From Candidatus Wallbacteria bacterium (GTDB lineage: Bacteria; Muiribacteriota; UBA6191; JACPRK01), in contig JACQZN010000049.1 of NCBI GenBank assembly GCA_016213845.1, positions 15,574-79,573 of the forward strand: a DNA stretch of 64,000 nucleotides. Direction: 5' to 3'. The translations under genes were made by a program, and so were the position numbers. Under the pieces are notes generated by a model. The model was not told the origin of the DNA and did no database searches. It was given only the letters and a program-made list of their open reading frames with translations. Of this stretch, positions 1-10,036 are shown in pieces (positions within the stretch are counted from its first letter, which is position 1; each line of letters opens with the position of its first letter).

Positions 1-3000
1 ACCGAACCGAGCGCGGCTGCTGCAAAATCCGGCGCGCCCGCCAGCAGAGGTGGCGTCGAGATCGCGATGGAAGAGGCCGACGCCAGCGTGTTGTTGCGCC
101 GGTTCGCGTCCGGAACCCTCCGCTCGAAATCGGCGGAGACTCCGAGGAAGTAGTCGCCGGGCGGCACAGGCGGCATCGGGAAGGCCCCGGTCGCGAGCAC
201 GGTCTGCCCGCTCGAGAGCGCCGAGAGCGCCACCGAGCCGAGAGCGCTCCCGGCCTCAGGTCCGTCCAGCGGCCGCGTCGTCAGGAAAAACCGCACGAGG
301 AAAGGCGAAGCCACCCCCGAACCGCCGGAGTTGGCGACGGCAGCGACCGCCGTCACGCGGTCGCCCGGGAACCTCGGGGCCGGACTGAATCGCGCGAGCG
401 ACACCTGCAGCACGGACAGGTCGGGCAGCGCGGCCGGGCTCACCGGAAGCAAGAGCGCTGTCGGCGCGGAGGACCGGGCCACGTTGTCCAGCTCGCTCGG
501 CTCCGCGACGAAGTCGTTCGGGTCGACCAGCATCGCGACCGTGTAACTCCCCGGAGAAAGGAAGGACGGCACTCCGCGAGTGGCGGAGAGGCTCCGCACT
601 TCCCCGGGGGCCAATGCCCCGAGCAGTGCGGGCTCCCCAAGCGGCGGGTCCAGGATGCTCGACTCGCCGCCCGAGGTCAGGACGAAGACGATCGAGGCGT
701 CGGCCTGGGCCGGACCGTCGTTTCGGACGGTTCCGGTGACACTCAGCCCTCCCCCGAGCGACGCGGCGCCGCCCGCGACGACCGACACGGCCGCCAGGTT
801 GGTCAGCGCCGCGCTCCTCGCCAGTCGCGTCAGGACCGTTGCCGTTCCCAGATTGTCCAACTCGCTCGACTCCACGACGCTTCGTGCGGAATCCACTTCG
901 GCTCGGACGGCGTAGCTGCCAGGTCCCGCGGCGGCGGGCACCGGCGCGGTGGGGGAGAGCGCGATCGACTCGCCTGCCCCCGGCCCCGGCAGCTGCAGGG
1001 TGAGCAGCGGGAGTCTCGCAGCCGGATTCGAAGCCGGATCGCGCTCCTCGAGGAAGAAGGCCACGGCCACCGGACCCGACACAGGCACGGCCGAGGAGTT
1101 TGCGACCGTCGCGGCAAGTTGCATGACCTGGCCGGGCTGTGCGCTGACCGGCCCCGAGACCGCCGTGACCGTCAGATTGGGAAGCGACGCGGGCGGCGGC
1201 GGCTGAATCGTGACCGCCACCGCGAGGGCGGGCGAATCGTTGAAACGCGGCTGGTCGATCGCGGCCGAGGGATCGGCAATCGACTCGAGAGAGTAATTCG
1301 CTCCGCCCAGATTCGGGTCGGGCACCGGCACCGGGGGCACCACGACCTGCTGCGTCAGGGTCCGGACCTCTCCGGGCGCCAGGCCGGGCACCACCAAGCG
1401 GCCGAAGAGGTGAACGTTTCCGCCCGGGGGCGTGAAGAGGTTCAAGGCCAGCTCCACGTCCAGGGGCGAGGTGCCGCCGACGAGCGCCACCACCGAGGTG
1501 ACCGAGATCGTCTGGCCCACGGTGAGGTCGCGCGGGTTGCAGTCGACACTCCGCACCACCACGTCGGCGGGAGAAACGATGGTCACGGCCGCGCCTGCGG
1601 TCGCCACGTTGTTCCCCGGATCGGGGTCCGCGGCGGAAGCGCCGGAATCGACGACGACCCCTACGAAGTAGACACCCGTGGCAATCCCGCTGGGCACAGC
1701 GGCGCGGCCCGCGACCTGTGCGCTGCTCCCCTCGCCGGCGGTCGCCACCGAGAGCGGCGTGCCGAGCAGGATGTCCGTGCCAGCAGAGAAGTTGCGGTCG
1801 CGCGAGAGGAAGAATCGGGCCGTCGTGGAAGTCGACGCGGGCCCCAGGTTGGTGACGGTGGCCGAGAACTCGAGCGTGCCGTTTGCGGCAACGCGGGTGC
1901 TGGCCGTCACGGCCGTCACGGACAGATCGGCCGGTTCCCCCAGCAGCACAGGCGCAGCGCTGAACGTGAAGTTGTTGGCCTCGCTGGCTTCGAGGACGGC
2001 GCGCGCGCTGTCCGCCTCGCAGTAGGCGAATGCGGGGCCGGTCGCGATGTTCGACGGGAAGGTGCCCGTGACGGCGACGGTGGCGGCGGAACCTGCGGAG
2101 AGCGGCGGAACCTGTGCGAGGCCGAGCAAGACGTCGGTCGTGGCGCGGGAGGCCGAGCGCGCCAGCCAGAGTGATGCCCGGCTCGCGGGCGCCGGCGACC
2201 CGCCTGCGTTCCGCAGCACGGCCGAGAAGCCTGCCCGGGTGCCGAGCTGACCCGCAGACGGCGCCGTGAGAAGCTCGACGACCAGGTCGGCCAGCGTGGC
2301 GGGAGTCGTCACGGGGAAAGCCGCAGCGCTGGCCGCCGTGTTGTTCGTCTCGTCGGACTCCTGGACGCGGCCTGTGACGTCGGCGATCAGCCCGACACGG
2401 TAGCTGCCGGCGGGGAGCGCCGCCGGAACCGTGGCTGTGAGGGCGCACGGGACGGCTTGTCCCGAGGGCAGCGTCCCTACGAGGACCGTGCCCAGGAGCG
2501 CATCGGCCAGCGAGATCGTCGAGTCCGAGGAGAGGACGAAGCCGGCCTCGAAGGAGCCGGCGGCCTGCGAGCCCGAGTTGGTGACCACGCCGCTCACGAA
2601 GACGGGACGATCGACCTCCCCTGCCGAGGGCCCCGTGACGGAGCCAGAGACGAGGTCGGGATCACCGGCGTTGCCCTGCTTGGGGCTGACCGTGAAGGCG
2701 GCGGGCGTGCTGAGATTGTTCGCCTCGGAGGACTCGCGCACGAGGTCCTCGGGGTCGGCCCGCAACAGCAGCTGGTACTCGCCCGGCAATACCGGCGGGA
2801 TGGTGAGCGTGACGCGGGTAGAGATCGTGCCGGCGTCGACCGTCCCGGGTGCGGCCGTGAAGTTCAGGAACGCCGTCCGGCCTGCCTCCGGATCACGTGC
2901 GTCTGCCACCGCGTCGGGCGAAAGCAGGACGGCAGCCGTGGCGTGGAAGGCGCTGTTGCCGTCCACGATGCCGCTGAGAAGTCCGTCGAGCGTGATATCG

Positions 3001-3560
3001 GCCAGCACGACGTCGCTGGCCACGGCACCGGGCGGGGCCGAGATCGTGGCGTTGCCGAAGTCGGGGAGGTTGGCGTTGGCGGCGCGGTAGACGCCGACCA
3101 CGAAGTCGTAGCGCGTCATCGTGATCCCACTCGTGCAGCGGAACAGGTAGTCCGCGGCCGCGGGCGCGGTGAAGCTGATGGCGGACACCCGCCGCGAGAG
3201 CGCGTCCAGCCCCTGAAAGGCAGGCAGCGCTCGCGCGCCGGTGGCGTCGAAGAACGTGGCGCCGAACTGGGGACCGGGCGCAGAGACGGCCGTCACCCGC
3301 AACGTCACGACGTCGCCGAAGCGGGCGCGGACCTTGTAGAAGTCGACGTCCGAATCGGTCTCGAATGCCCCTCGGAAAGATCCGACCCCGAAGAGCGTGC
3401 CGGCACCCAGAAGAGTCGCTGTATCCGCTGTGTCGTTGCGGCCGGCGCCTTCGAGCTGCGAGTCGAGCGGCTGCGCCACAGCCAGCGGGGGCGCCCCGAA
3501 AAGCGCAAGGAGTAGAAGGACCCAGATGAAGGGCCAGCGGGCTCGAGCTTCGAGGTGCAT
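1..3560 (-). CDS. Large secreted protein with N-terminal PPC-like domain and at least 8 CARDB (Ig-like) repeats; 3' end runs off the window
   Basis: Missing from the ORF track because there is no stop in the window. ATG at 3560 with AGGAG upstream; signal peptide (WPFIWVLLLLALFGAPPLAVAQ); NDTADTA...DSDVDFYKV motif. Frame checked by hand at several points down to base 3. Repeats of ~125 aa carry (P/A)DLV starts and ESxExNN-type ends near 2720, 2345, 1975, 1610, 1235, 860, 490 and 95. Confidence 0.85.
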   Translation of the reverse strand, partial: MHLEARARWPFIWVLLLLALFGAPPLAVAQPLDSQLEGAGRNDTADTATLLGAGTLFGVGSFRGAFETDSDVDFYKVRARFGDVVTLRVTAVSAPGPQFGATFFDATGARALPAFQGLDALSRRVSAISFTAPAAADYLFRCTSGITMTRYDFVVGVYRAANANLPDFGNATISAPPGAVASDVVLADITLDGLLSGIVDGNSAFHATAAVLLSPDAVADARDPEAGRTAFLNFTAAPGTVDAGTISTRVTLTIPPVLPGEYQLLLRADPEDLVRESSEANNLSTPAAFTVSPKQGNAGDPDLVSGSVTGPSAGEVDRPVFVSGVVTNSGSQAAGSFEAGFVLSSDSTISLADALLGTVLVGTLPSGQAVPCALTATVPAALPAGSYRVGLIADVTGRVQESDETNNTAASAAAFPVTTPATLADLVVELLTAPSAGQLGTRAGFSAVLRNAGGSPAPASRASLWLARSASRATTDVLLGLAQVPPLSAGSAATVAVTGTFPSNIATGPAFAYCEADSARAVLEASEANNFTFSAAPVLLGEPADLSVTAVTASTRVAANGTLEFSATVTNLGPASTSTTARFFLSRDRNFSAGTDILLGTPLSVATAGEGSSAQVAGRAAVPSGIATGVYFVGVVVDSGASAADPDPGNNVATAGAAVTIVSPADVVVRSVDCNPRDLTVGQTISVTSVVALVGGTSPLDVELALNLFTPPGGNVHLFGRLVVPGLAPGEVRTLTQQVVVPPVPVPDPNLGGANYSLESIADPSAAIDQPRFNDSPALAVAVTIQPPPPASLPNLTVTAVSGPVSAQPGQVMQLAATVANSSAVPVSGPVAVAFFLEERDPASNPAARLPLLTLQLPGPGAGESIALSPTAPVPAAAGPGSYAVRAEVDSARSVVESSELDNLGTATVLTRLARSAALTNLAAVSVVAGGAASLGGGLSVTGTVRNDGPAQADASIVFVLTSGGESSILDPPLGEPALLGALAPGEVRSLSATRGVPSFLSPGSYTVAMLVDPNDFVAEPSELDNVARSSAPTALLLPVSPAALPDLSVLQVSLARFSPAPRFPGDRVTAVAAVANSGGSGVASPFLVRFFLTTRPLDGPEAGSALGSVALSALSSGQTVLATGAFPMPPVPPGDYFLGVSADFERRVPDANRRNNTLASASSIAISTPPLLAGAPDFAAAALGS

Positions 3561-3621
3561 GTCGGCCATCCTCCTACCGGGGCGCCTCGCCCGCCGGTCG
3601 CGGCCTCGCCCGTGCGGCCCC

Positions 3622-4110
3622 TCAAGGGCCGGGGAAACAGGCTCGGACGTCCTCGAACAGCTCTGGAGGCACCAGCCCCGAGATATCGCCCTGCAACCGG
3701 GCGATCTCCTTGACGATGCTGGACGAAAGGTAGTGGTACTTGGGCGACGTCATCATGAACACGGTCTCGATCTCCTGCGCAAGGTATCGATTCATCGAGG
3801 CCATTTGAAACTCGTACTCGAAGTCCGAAATGGCGCGCAGCCCGCGCACCAGCACGGCAGACCCGCGGCTTCTGGCGAAGCTCGTCAGGAGCCCTCCGAA
3901 GGTGGTCACGCTCACGTTGGGGAACGGCTTGACGATCTTCTCCAGCATCTCGAGCCGCTTCTCCTCGGGGAAGGCGAATCGCTTGGTGTTGGAGCTCTCG
4001 GAGATGGCGACGACCACACGAGCGAAGAGCTTGGAGGCGCGCTCGATGATGTCGAGATGACCCAGGGTCGCCGGATCGAAACTGCCGGGGTAGATGGCGG
4101 TGATGTCCAT
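3622..4110 (-). CDS. coaD: Phosphopantetheine adenylyltransferase
   Basis: YPGSFDPATLGHLDIIERA, RGLRAISDFEYEFQMA and SSSIVKE motifs; 162 aa. Confidence 0.97.
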   Translation of the reverse strand: MDITAIYPGSFDPATLGHLDIIERASKLFARVVVAISESSNTKRFAFPEEKRLEMLEKIVKPFPNVSVTTFGGLLTSFARSRGSAVLVRGLRAISDFEYEFQMASMNRYLAQEIETVFMMTSPKYHYLSSSIVKEIARLQGDISGLVPPELFEDVRACFPGP

Positions 4111-4139
4111 GGCTAGTAGAAGTCGGAAGGTGGGGGGAG

Positions 4140-4176
4140 AGTAGTCAGTAGACAGTAGTCAGAAGACAGTAGTCAG
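4140..4176 (+). repeat. Heptamer tandem repeat AGTAG(T/A)C x5
   Basis: agtagtc agtagac agtagtc agaagac agtagtc. Confidence 0.9.
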
Positions 4177-4336
4177 TCGTGAGCTTTGCGGGTCGCTGGT
4201 GGGGAAACTGGCACAAGGTCGAGCGTCCGCAGAACCGGGGCCTGGACGTCCTTCGGCGGGAGCGGGACGAGTGTTACCCCGGATGGATCAAGGTGCATGA
4301 CAGGCGGCCTCGGAGGGATCGTGACCGGCAGACTTC

Positions 4337-4362
4337 CTACTGGCTACTGACTACTGGCTACT
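4337..4362 (-). repeat. Heptamer tandem repeat CTACTG(G/A) x3.5, inverted relative to 4140-4176
   Basis: ctactgg ctactga ctactgg ctact; supplies the last codons and TAG stop of the HEAT gene. Confidence 0.9.
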
Positions 4363-6333
4363 CCCGTACGCCGGGCTCTCCGCCAGCGAGCGCACGAGTC
4401 GGCCGATGCCCTGGGTCGTGAGAATGCCGGCCATCAGCGTGCCGATCTCGCCCAGGGCGTAGGCTCCGCTCTTGCGCTCCTCGGCGCGGTTGCTGGAGAG
4501 CATCCCGTGGAGGGTCGTGACGACGCGCAGCTCGCCGAACTTCCAGATGGCCTTCACGGCGTTGGCCCGCACGCGGTGGTCGGGGTCGCGCAGGCACGTG
4601 GCGATGTGCGTGACACTCTGGCGGGTGAAGACATGCTCGAGCGCCTCGATGGCGTTGGCGCGCACGCGGGAGTCTTCGTGCTTGAGGAAATCGACGATGA
4701 GCCGGGTGCTCTCGTCGCCCGTGCCGGTGCGGGCAACGGCCAGCAGCGACGTGGCGATGACCTGATGATTCGACTCCTGCTTGAGGCAGGCGCGCAACCG
4801 GGAGTTGGCGGCCTTCACCTTCATGTTGCCGAGCGATTCGATGGCGTAGAGGCGGACCCAGATGTTGCGATCGTTGATGGCGCCGATGAGAGTCTGGGCG
4901 GCACCCGGGTCGCCCAGCTCGCGCAGGGCCTTGGCGGCGTTGACGCGCACGGCGGGGTCGGCGTCGCGCAGCCCCTTGATGAGGAAGTTGGCGCCATCCG
5001 GGGGCCGGAGCGCACCGATGGCGTAGCAGGCGCTGGCGCGGTGCCACTTGTTGGCGTCGGCCAGCATCGCAACGAGCGAGTCGAGCGCCCGGCGGTCCCC
5101 CAGCCGGCCGAGAGTGATGCACGCGTTGGCGCGGACACGGTTGTCGGGGTCGGCCAGCATCGGTCGCAAGATGCGCTGCTTGACCGGGTCGCTGACGTCG
5201 AGCGCGGAGATCGCCTCGACGGCGTTTGCGCGCACGCGCCGGTCGCGGTGGGCTGTGAAGGGCTCAAGCGTGTCGACCAGACGCGCGTCGCGGGTTCGGG
5301 CCAGAGCCATCACGAGGCTTGCCAGCTTCCGGGGATTCGCCTCGGTCTTGAGGAGCCCGCTGAAGCGCACGATGACGCGGGGGTGGCCCGGGGCAAGCCG
5401 GCCGAGCGCCTGGATGGTGGTCATCTCCAGGTACTCGTCCATGCGGCCGACGCGGTCGAGCAGGTAGTCGGCCCACGCCGGGTTCAAGCTCTCCCCCATC
5501 ACTCGCACGACGGCCGTCTGGACGCCGGGATCGGAACTCTCCAGGGCGTCCCTGAGGAACTCCTCGGCGGCTGGCGTGCGGATCTTGGCGACAGCCGCGA
5601 CGATGGCCTGCTTGAAGCCAGGTCTGGCGTCCTCGCGAAAGATGCGCACGAGCGGCCCTAGGGCCCGCGCGTCACCCATTTCGCCCAGGGCTAGCGGGAC
5701 GTTTTCGTCGGCGGCACCGCCCCTGAGCAGATCGATCAGGCGATCGATGGCCTCGCGGGCGTGGAGCTTTCCGAGCGCGGCGGCGGACTCGGAAGCAACC
5801 GCCAGGTCATGATGCTCGAGATTGTCGATCAGGAGCTGGACGCAGGGGCGGAGGATGGCGTGGGCGGTGCGCTGGAGGCGTTCGGAATCGCGAATGGTCA
5901 GGGCCGGCGTGTCGGCGGGTTCCGAGGGAGTCTCCGGACTCATCGCCTCGAGGTCGGAGAGCGGGACCAGCAACGACCCCCTGCTGCTGCCGGCGGACGG
6001 GGTGGGAGGGGCGGGGCCGACTCCCGTGAGCGAGCCGGTGGTGCTTGCGCTTCTGCTGGCGCGTGGTGTGCCTGCCAGCCCCGAGGGCGGGTCGAAGGCG
6101 TCGGGCGCAGCGAGCTCGCGCAGCTCCTCGGCGGGGTCGAGCTCCAGGACACGCAGGGCCTTCTTCACGAAGTGGCGAACGGCCAGGCTGCAATCCGAGA
6201 GCCCACGAGCCTTGAGGACCTCGACGGCTTCTGGGGTCCCGATACCGGCCAGCCGTCGAGCTCCCGCAAGCCGCACCCGCTCCTCCGGGGAGTCGAGCAT
6301 CTCCACGATCGGCCCGAGCTCCAGTTCGGTCAC
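4351..6333 (-). CDS. HEAT-repeat (PBS lyase-type) protein
   Basis: Many DxRVRANAxxAL repeats; Pro/Ser-rich linker after the N-terminal HEAT pair. Confidence 0.9.
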   Translation of the reverse strand: MTELELGPIVEMLDSPEERVRLAGARRLAGIGTPEAVEVLKARGLSDCSLAVRHFVKKALRVLELDPAEELRELAAPDAFDPPSGLAGTPRASRSASTTGSLTGVGPAPPTPSAGSSRGSLLVPLSDLEAMSPETPSEPADTPALTIRDSERLQRTAHAILRPCVQLLIDNLEHHDLAVASESAAALGKLHAREAIDRLIDLLRGGAADENVPLALGEMGDARALGPLVRIFREDARPGFKQAIVAAVAKIRTPAAEEFLRDALESSDPGVQTAVVRVMGESLNPAWADYLLDRVGRMDEYLEMTTIQALGRLAPGHPRVIVRFSGLLKTEANPRKLASLVMALARTRDARLVDTLEPFTAHRDRRVRANAVEAISALDVSDPVKQRILRPMLADPDNRVRANACITLGRLGDRRALDSLVAMLADANKWHRASACYAIGALRPPDGANFLIKGLRDADPAVRVNAAKALRELGDPGAAQTLIGAINDRNIWVRLYAIESLGNMKVKAANSRLRACLKQESNHQVIATSLLAVARTGTGDESTRLIVDFLKHEDSRVRANAIEALEHVFTRQSVTHIATCLRDPDHRVRANAVKAIWKFGELRVVTTLHGMLSSNRAEERKSGAYALGEIGTLMAGILTTQGIGRLVRSLAESPAYGSSQ

Positions 6334-7124
6334 GGTCCCGGCGCTCCCGTCGGCGCGACGCGCCGGTCGCCGCTCAGCTCGCGTTCGATGTCACTTGGCT
6401 TCGACTCCACGCGGGGCGGCTCGGGAATGCTCAGCTTGAGCTCGGGCTCCCGGCGGCCGCCGTCGTCCTTGCGACTCACCGGACTCGAAGGAGCCGTCGC
6501 ATCCACCGACACCGGGTCGGGGCCGGTCTCGGCGCCCGGCGGCGGCCAGACGAAGTCGGGGTGCTCCGAACGGAACTTGTCCAGAGCCAGGGCGAGCTGC
6601 CGCTTGTACTCGACGTGGAAAATCTTGTAGGCCTGGTAGGCCGCTTCCAGCTCCGGCGTCACGCCCGAACGGTTCGCGAGGAGCAGCCTCGAGAGGTTCT
6701 GGTAGGCCCGCACGTACTTCTGGCGAGCTACTTCGACGGAGCCAGCCGCGTAGCTCGTCGGCAGCAAGGTCTTGTCGAGCGAGGTCTCGGACTTGTAACA
6801 CTCCTCGATCCGGATCGCCGCCAGCCGGCTGTACGGGGAATCCGGATAGAGCCGGACCAGCTCGAAGTAGTAGTCGCGGGAGCGGTCGAAGTCGCGGTTG
6901 TTCTGGTAGGCCAGCCCGATCTTGTAGAGGAGCCGCCCCTGGCCCAGGAACTTCGCCTCGCCGTAGGACTTGATGAAGCTACCTGCTGCGTCGTCGTACT
7001 TGGCCGAGCGGAACTGCTCGTCCCCCTGGCTCTCGTAGTACCACTGGTTGCCCAGCAGGAAGATGAGAATCAGCAACAGGACCGTCAGGCCCAGGATGAT
7101 CCCCAGCAGGATGTTGCGATACAC
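6330..7124 (-). CDS. Membrane-anchored TPR protein
   Basis: N-terminal hydrophobic helix; TPR-like LLYKIGLAY...YFELVRLYPDSPY; 4-bp overlap with the HEAT gene. Confidence 0.8.
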   Translation of the reverse strand: MYRNILLGIILGLTVLLLILIFLLGNQWYYESQGDEQFRSAKYDDAAGSFIKSYGEAKFLGQGRLLYKIGLAYQNNRDFDRSRDYYFELVRLYPDSPYSRLAAIRIEECYKSETSLDKTLLPTSYAAGSVEVARQKYVRAYQNLSRLLLANRSGVTPELEAAYQAYKIFHVEYKRQLALALDKFRSEHPDFVWPPPGAETGPDPVSVDATAPSSPVSRKDDGGRREPELKLSIPEPPRVESKPSDIERELSGDRRVAPTGAPGP

Positions 7125-7169
7125 GGGCCCACTTCCAGTTCTCGCGGCGTCCGGTTCGAGGCCCCTATT

Positions 7170-8144
7170 CTAGCCCAGGACCTGGTAGCGGTCACCCACT
7201 CTTGCGACGTTGCCCTTCAGCAAATCGATCTCGACGGCCCGGCCGCCGTCCTCGACGACCGCGAATGGCACCCGAAACATGCCCAAGTTGATCAGTTCCA
7301 CCGAGCAGCTGGGCCTCACGGGGGGTGAGGGCGGCCCCTTCCGGTGGGTGCGCTCGTCCTGGATGCGCTTGATCTTCTCCTCGATTTCCTGCTCCTTCTC
7401 GAAGAAGTAGAGGTGGTAGTAGACGGAGCGCCGTTCCTCCTCGAGCTCCTTGGCGAGCTCGTCGAAGTAGCTCTCCATGACCTCTTGCCGCGCGCGATCC
7501 TGCTGGGCAAGCCACTGACGGATCTCGTCGAGCCGCCTCTGGGCGTGGCTGTCGAGCTCACGGACCGCCAGGTCGTGAACGCGTTCCAGCGCTTCCCGCA
7601 GCGGGCGCTCCACCGACCCCGACAGCCCCTCCCATGGATGCTCCGGCGCCAGCAGTCCGCCGGCCTCCAGGGCGGGGTGACCGCTCTTGAGGTCGAAGAC
7701 GAAGGCCGGATGCGAAACTTCGTCCTGGACGTGGCGGTAGACCAGCCGGAAGTTCAGGAGACCGAGCGGCCGGTAGACCAGCGCCGGTTCCGCATCGCCG
7801 ACTCCCCCCCCCGGGGTTCCGAGCACGGTGCGCGCGGCGTCGAGAGCGGCCGCCATCCCGATCCTGGGCTCGCACCGGACGTTGCAGAAGTGGCCCTGGG
7901 CCATTCCGTGCTCGACCAGCTTCGACAGGTCGCGGCAGCTCGACTCCTCGGCGGCCGGGTCGACGGCCTGGCTCAGGATCAGCGGGAACTCCACGCGCTT
8001 CCTCGAGGGCAGGATGTCCTGCATCGAAGAGCTCACCTCGAAGCCGAGAATGTCGTTCGTGACGTCGACGAGATCAGCGCCATGGAGCTCGCAGAACTGC
8101 TCGAGGAACCTCCTCAGGACCTGGCGGGGTTCAGTAGAGTGCAT
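7170..8144 (-). CDS. Hypothetical protein, YqhG-like partner of the SNF2 helicase
   Basis: Overlaps the SNF2 stop; YRP..L.NF...Y motif and a C-terminal coiled coil (ESYFDEL...EEKIKRI) resembling YqhG-type proteins; assigned mainly by synteny. Confidence 0.6.
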   Translation of the reverse strand: MHSTEPRQVLRRFLEQFCELHGADLVDVTNDILGFEVSSSMQDILPSRKRVEFPLILSQAVDPAAEESSCRDLSKLVEHGMAQGHFCNVRCEPRIGMAAALDAARTVLGTPGGGVGDAEPALVYRPLGLLNFRLVYRHVQDEVSHPAFVFDLKSGHPALEAGGLLAPEHPWEGLSGSVERPLREALERVHDLAVRELDSHAQRRLDEIRQWLAQQDRARQEVMESYFDELAKELEEERRSVYYHLYFFEKEQEIEEKIKRIQDERTHRKGPPSPPVRPSCSVELINLGMFRVPFAVVEDGGRAVEIDLLKGNVARVGDRYQVLG

Positions 8145-9852
8145 CCTGAGCCTTCTTCACCCGATCGTAGTCGCGCAGCGCCCGGGAGAAGTGCCGACCG
8201 AGCTTGTCGAAGTTGTACTTCAGCTCGCGCTTCGACTTCGACTGTACGACGATGTCCATGATCTTCTCTTCCAGGTCGATGCTCTGCTTGGTCAATCCGA
8301 GGATGATGTCGAGCTCTCCGACGACCAGTTTGAAGAGCCGGATCTTGTGCATCAGAAGCTCGACGACGTACTCCTCGATGCTGTCCCGGTAGAAGATGTT
8401 GAAGATGTCGACGTCGCGCTGCTGGCCCAGCCGGTGGACGCGGCCGATGCGCTGCTCCACCTTCATCGGATTCCAGGGCAGATCGAAATTGATCAGGTTC
8501 CGGCAGAACTGCAGGTTGCGCCCCTCGGCACCGGAGTCGGTACTGATGAGGACCCGGACGTCCTTGGCGAACTTGGCGATGATCTCGTCCTTGTGGCGGG
8601 GCGTGAGGCCTCCGTAAAACAGGATGTTGTCGATGTTCGCCTCGTTCATCACACGCGCCAGGTGCTCCTGGGTCTCGCGAAACTGCGTGAAGATGATGAT
8701 CTTGTCCTTCACGCTCTTGACGATGTCGACGGCCTTCTTGACCTTCGCCACCGTCTTGATCTTGAGCGCCATCCGCTTCAGATGCGCCAGCTGCTCGGCG
8801 AAGCCCGGGGGCAGAGAGGGGTTGACCAGGATGCGCTCCAGCGTGCTGATGAGCGACTGCGGGCTCGACGTCACCATTCGCTCCAGCAGGATGAGCGTAA
8901 GCCGGTTGATGCCCTTCTCGAAGTGGCTGACGCTGCCGTAGCTGGAGCTGATGAACTGGTTCAGGTAGCTGTACGTCTCGAGCTCCTGCTTGCCGAACTC
9001 GACGGGAATCAGGTGGACGTTGCGCTGCGTGAACGGAATTGAAGTCTCGCTGCGCCGATGGCGGATGACGACCTTCTCGAGCAACTCCTTGAGCTTGTCC
9101 GGATTCTTCGGGAGCTTGGAGTTGGACGTGATGGTGAACTGCTTGCGGAAGAGCTTGCGAGTCTGCAAGAAACCCGGCTTCAAAAGGAAGATCAGGTTGT
9201 ACAACTCTTCGAGCGAGTTCTGGATGGGAGTGGCGGTCAAGAGCAGGAGGAACTTCGTCGAGAGGCCCTGGACGAACTTCCAGTTGAGGCTCCGGTGGTT
9301 CTTGAGCTTGTGCGCTTCGTCGACGATGACCAGGTCGTAGGGGTTCGTCTGGAAATTCTTGCAGAACCGCTTCGCCTTCGCGCTATCGATACTGACAATG
9401 AGCTGGTCGGCGTCGTTCCACTTCTCCTTGTCCAGGTGAGTCTTGAAGTTGAAGCCGAACTTCGTCGTCATCTCCTCGCGCCACTGCAGCACGAGGCTGG
9501 CCGGCGTCAGGATCAGCACGCGCCGGACCAGCCCGCGGTGGAGGTACTCGCGCAGAACGAGGCCGGCCTCGACAGTCTTGCCCAGACCGACCTCATCGGC
9601 GAGCAGCCCCCGGCCGTGGAAGTCCTCGATGACGTGAACGACGGTCTCCACCTGGTGCGGGTAGAAGTAGATGCGGTCGACCTTCGCGCAACGCAGCAGC
9701 GTGCCGAACCCCCGGCTGTCAGCCAGCTTCTGCGCCGCCGCTCTCAAGAAAAACTGCTGCGGTGACGAGACCTTCTCGAACACGCTGCCCGCAAGAGGCT
9801 CTGCCCCGCTGACCGATTCCAGCTCTGGTGACTTGTTTTGATTTTGACGCAT
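8131..9852 (-). CDS. SNF2-family helicase (YqhH-like)
   Basis: LLADEVGLGKT, DEAH, TATP, STDSGAEGRNLQ and PWNPMKVEQRIGRVHRLGQ motifs; start trimmed to ATG 9852 because the longer ORF runs through repeats. Confidence 0.92.
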   Translation of the reverse strand: MRQNQNKSPELESVSGAEPLAGSVFEKVSSPQQFFLRAAAQKLADSRGFGTLLRCAKVDRIYFYPHQVETVVHVIEDFHGRGLLADEVGLGKTVEAGLVLREYLHRGLVRRVLILTPASLVLQWREEMTTKFGFNFKTHLDKEKWNDADQLIVSIDSAKAKRFCKNFQTNPYDLVIVDEAHKLKNHRSLNWKFVQGLSTKFLLLLTATPIQNSLEELYNLIFLLKPGFLQTRKLFRKQFTITSNSKLPKNPDKLKELLEKVVIRHRRSETSIPFTQRNVHLIPVEFGKQELETYSYLNQFISSSYGSVSHFEKGINRLTLILLERMVTSSPQSLISTLERILVNPSLPPGFAEQLAHLKRMALKIKTVAKVKKAVDIVKSVKDKIIIFTQFRETQEHLARVMNEANIDNILFYGGLTPRHKDEIIAKFAKDVRVLISTDSGAEGRNLQFCRNLINFDLPWNPMKVEQRIGRVHRLGQQRDVDIFNIFYRDSIEEYVVELLMHKIRLFKLVVGELDIILGLTKQSIDLEEKIMDIVVQSKSKRELKYNFDKLGRHFSRALRDYDRVKKAQDALY

Positions 9853-9956
9853 GCGCTCGCTTCCGCCTCGCGACCTCGGAAGCGGGATTTGCAATTGTAA
9901 TACAGCGACCCCGTCCGGAGCAATGGAAGTGGGCGGGGAGGTGGAAGATGGGAGGG

Positions 9957-9991
9957 AGTAGTCAGTAGACAGTAGACAGTAGACAGTAGGG
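9957..9991 (+). repeat. Heptamer tandem repeat AGTAG(T/A)C x5
   Basis: agtagtc agtagac agtagac agtagac agtaggg. Confidence 0.9.
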
Positions 9992-10036
9992 GGGGCGGGC
10001 ACGGTCGGCTCGGCCATCGGTGCCGGTGGCTCCTCG

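Noticed and set aside
256-2448. 730-aa Arg-rich ORF and similar long alternative-frame ORFs (e.g. 43921-46290, 26723-28558, 12933-15068)
   Set aside because: High-GC frame shadows overlapping well-supported genes; Arg/Pro/Gly-rich with no recognisable motifs
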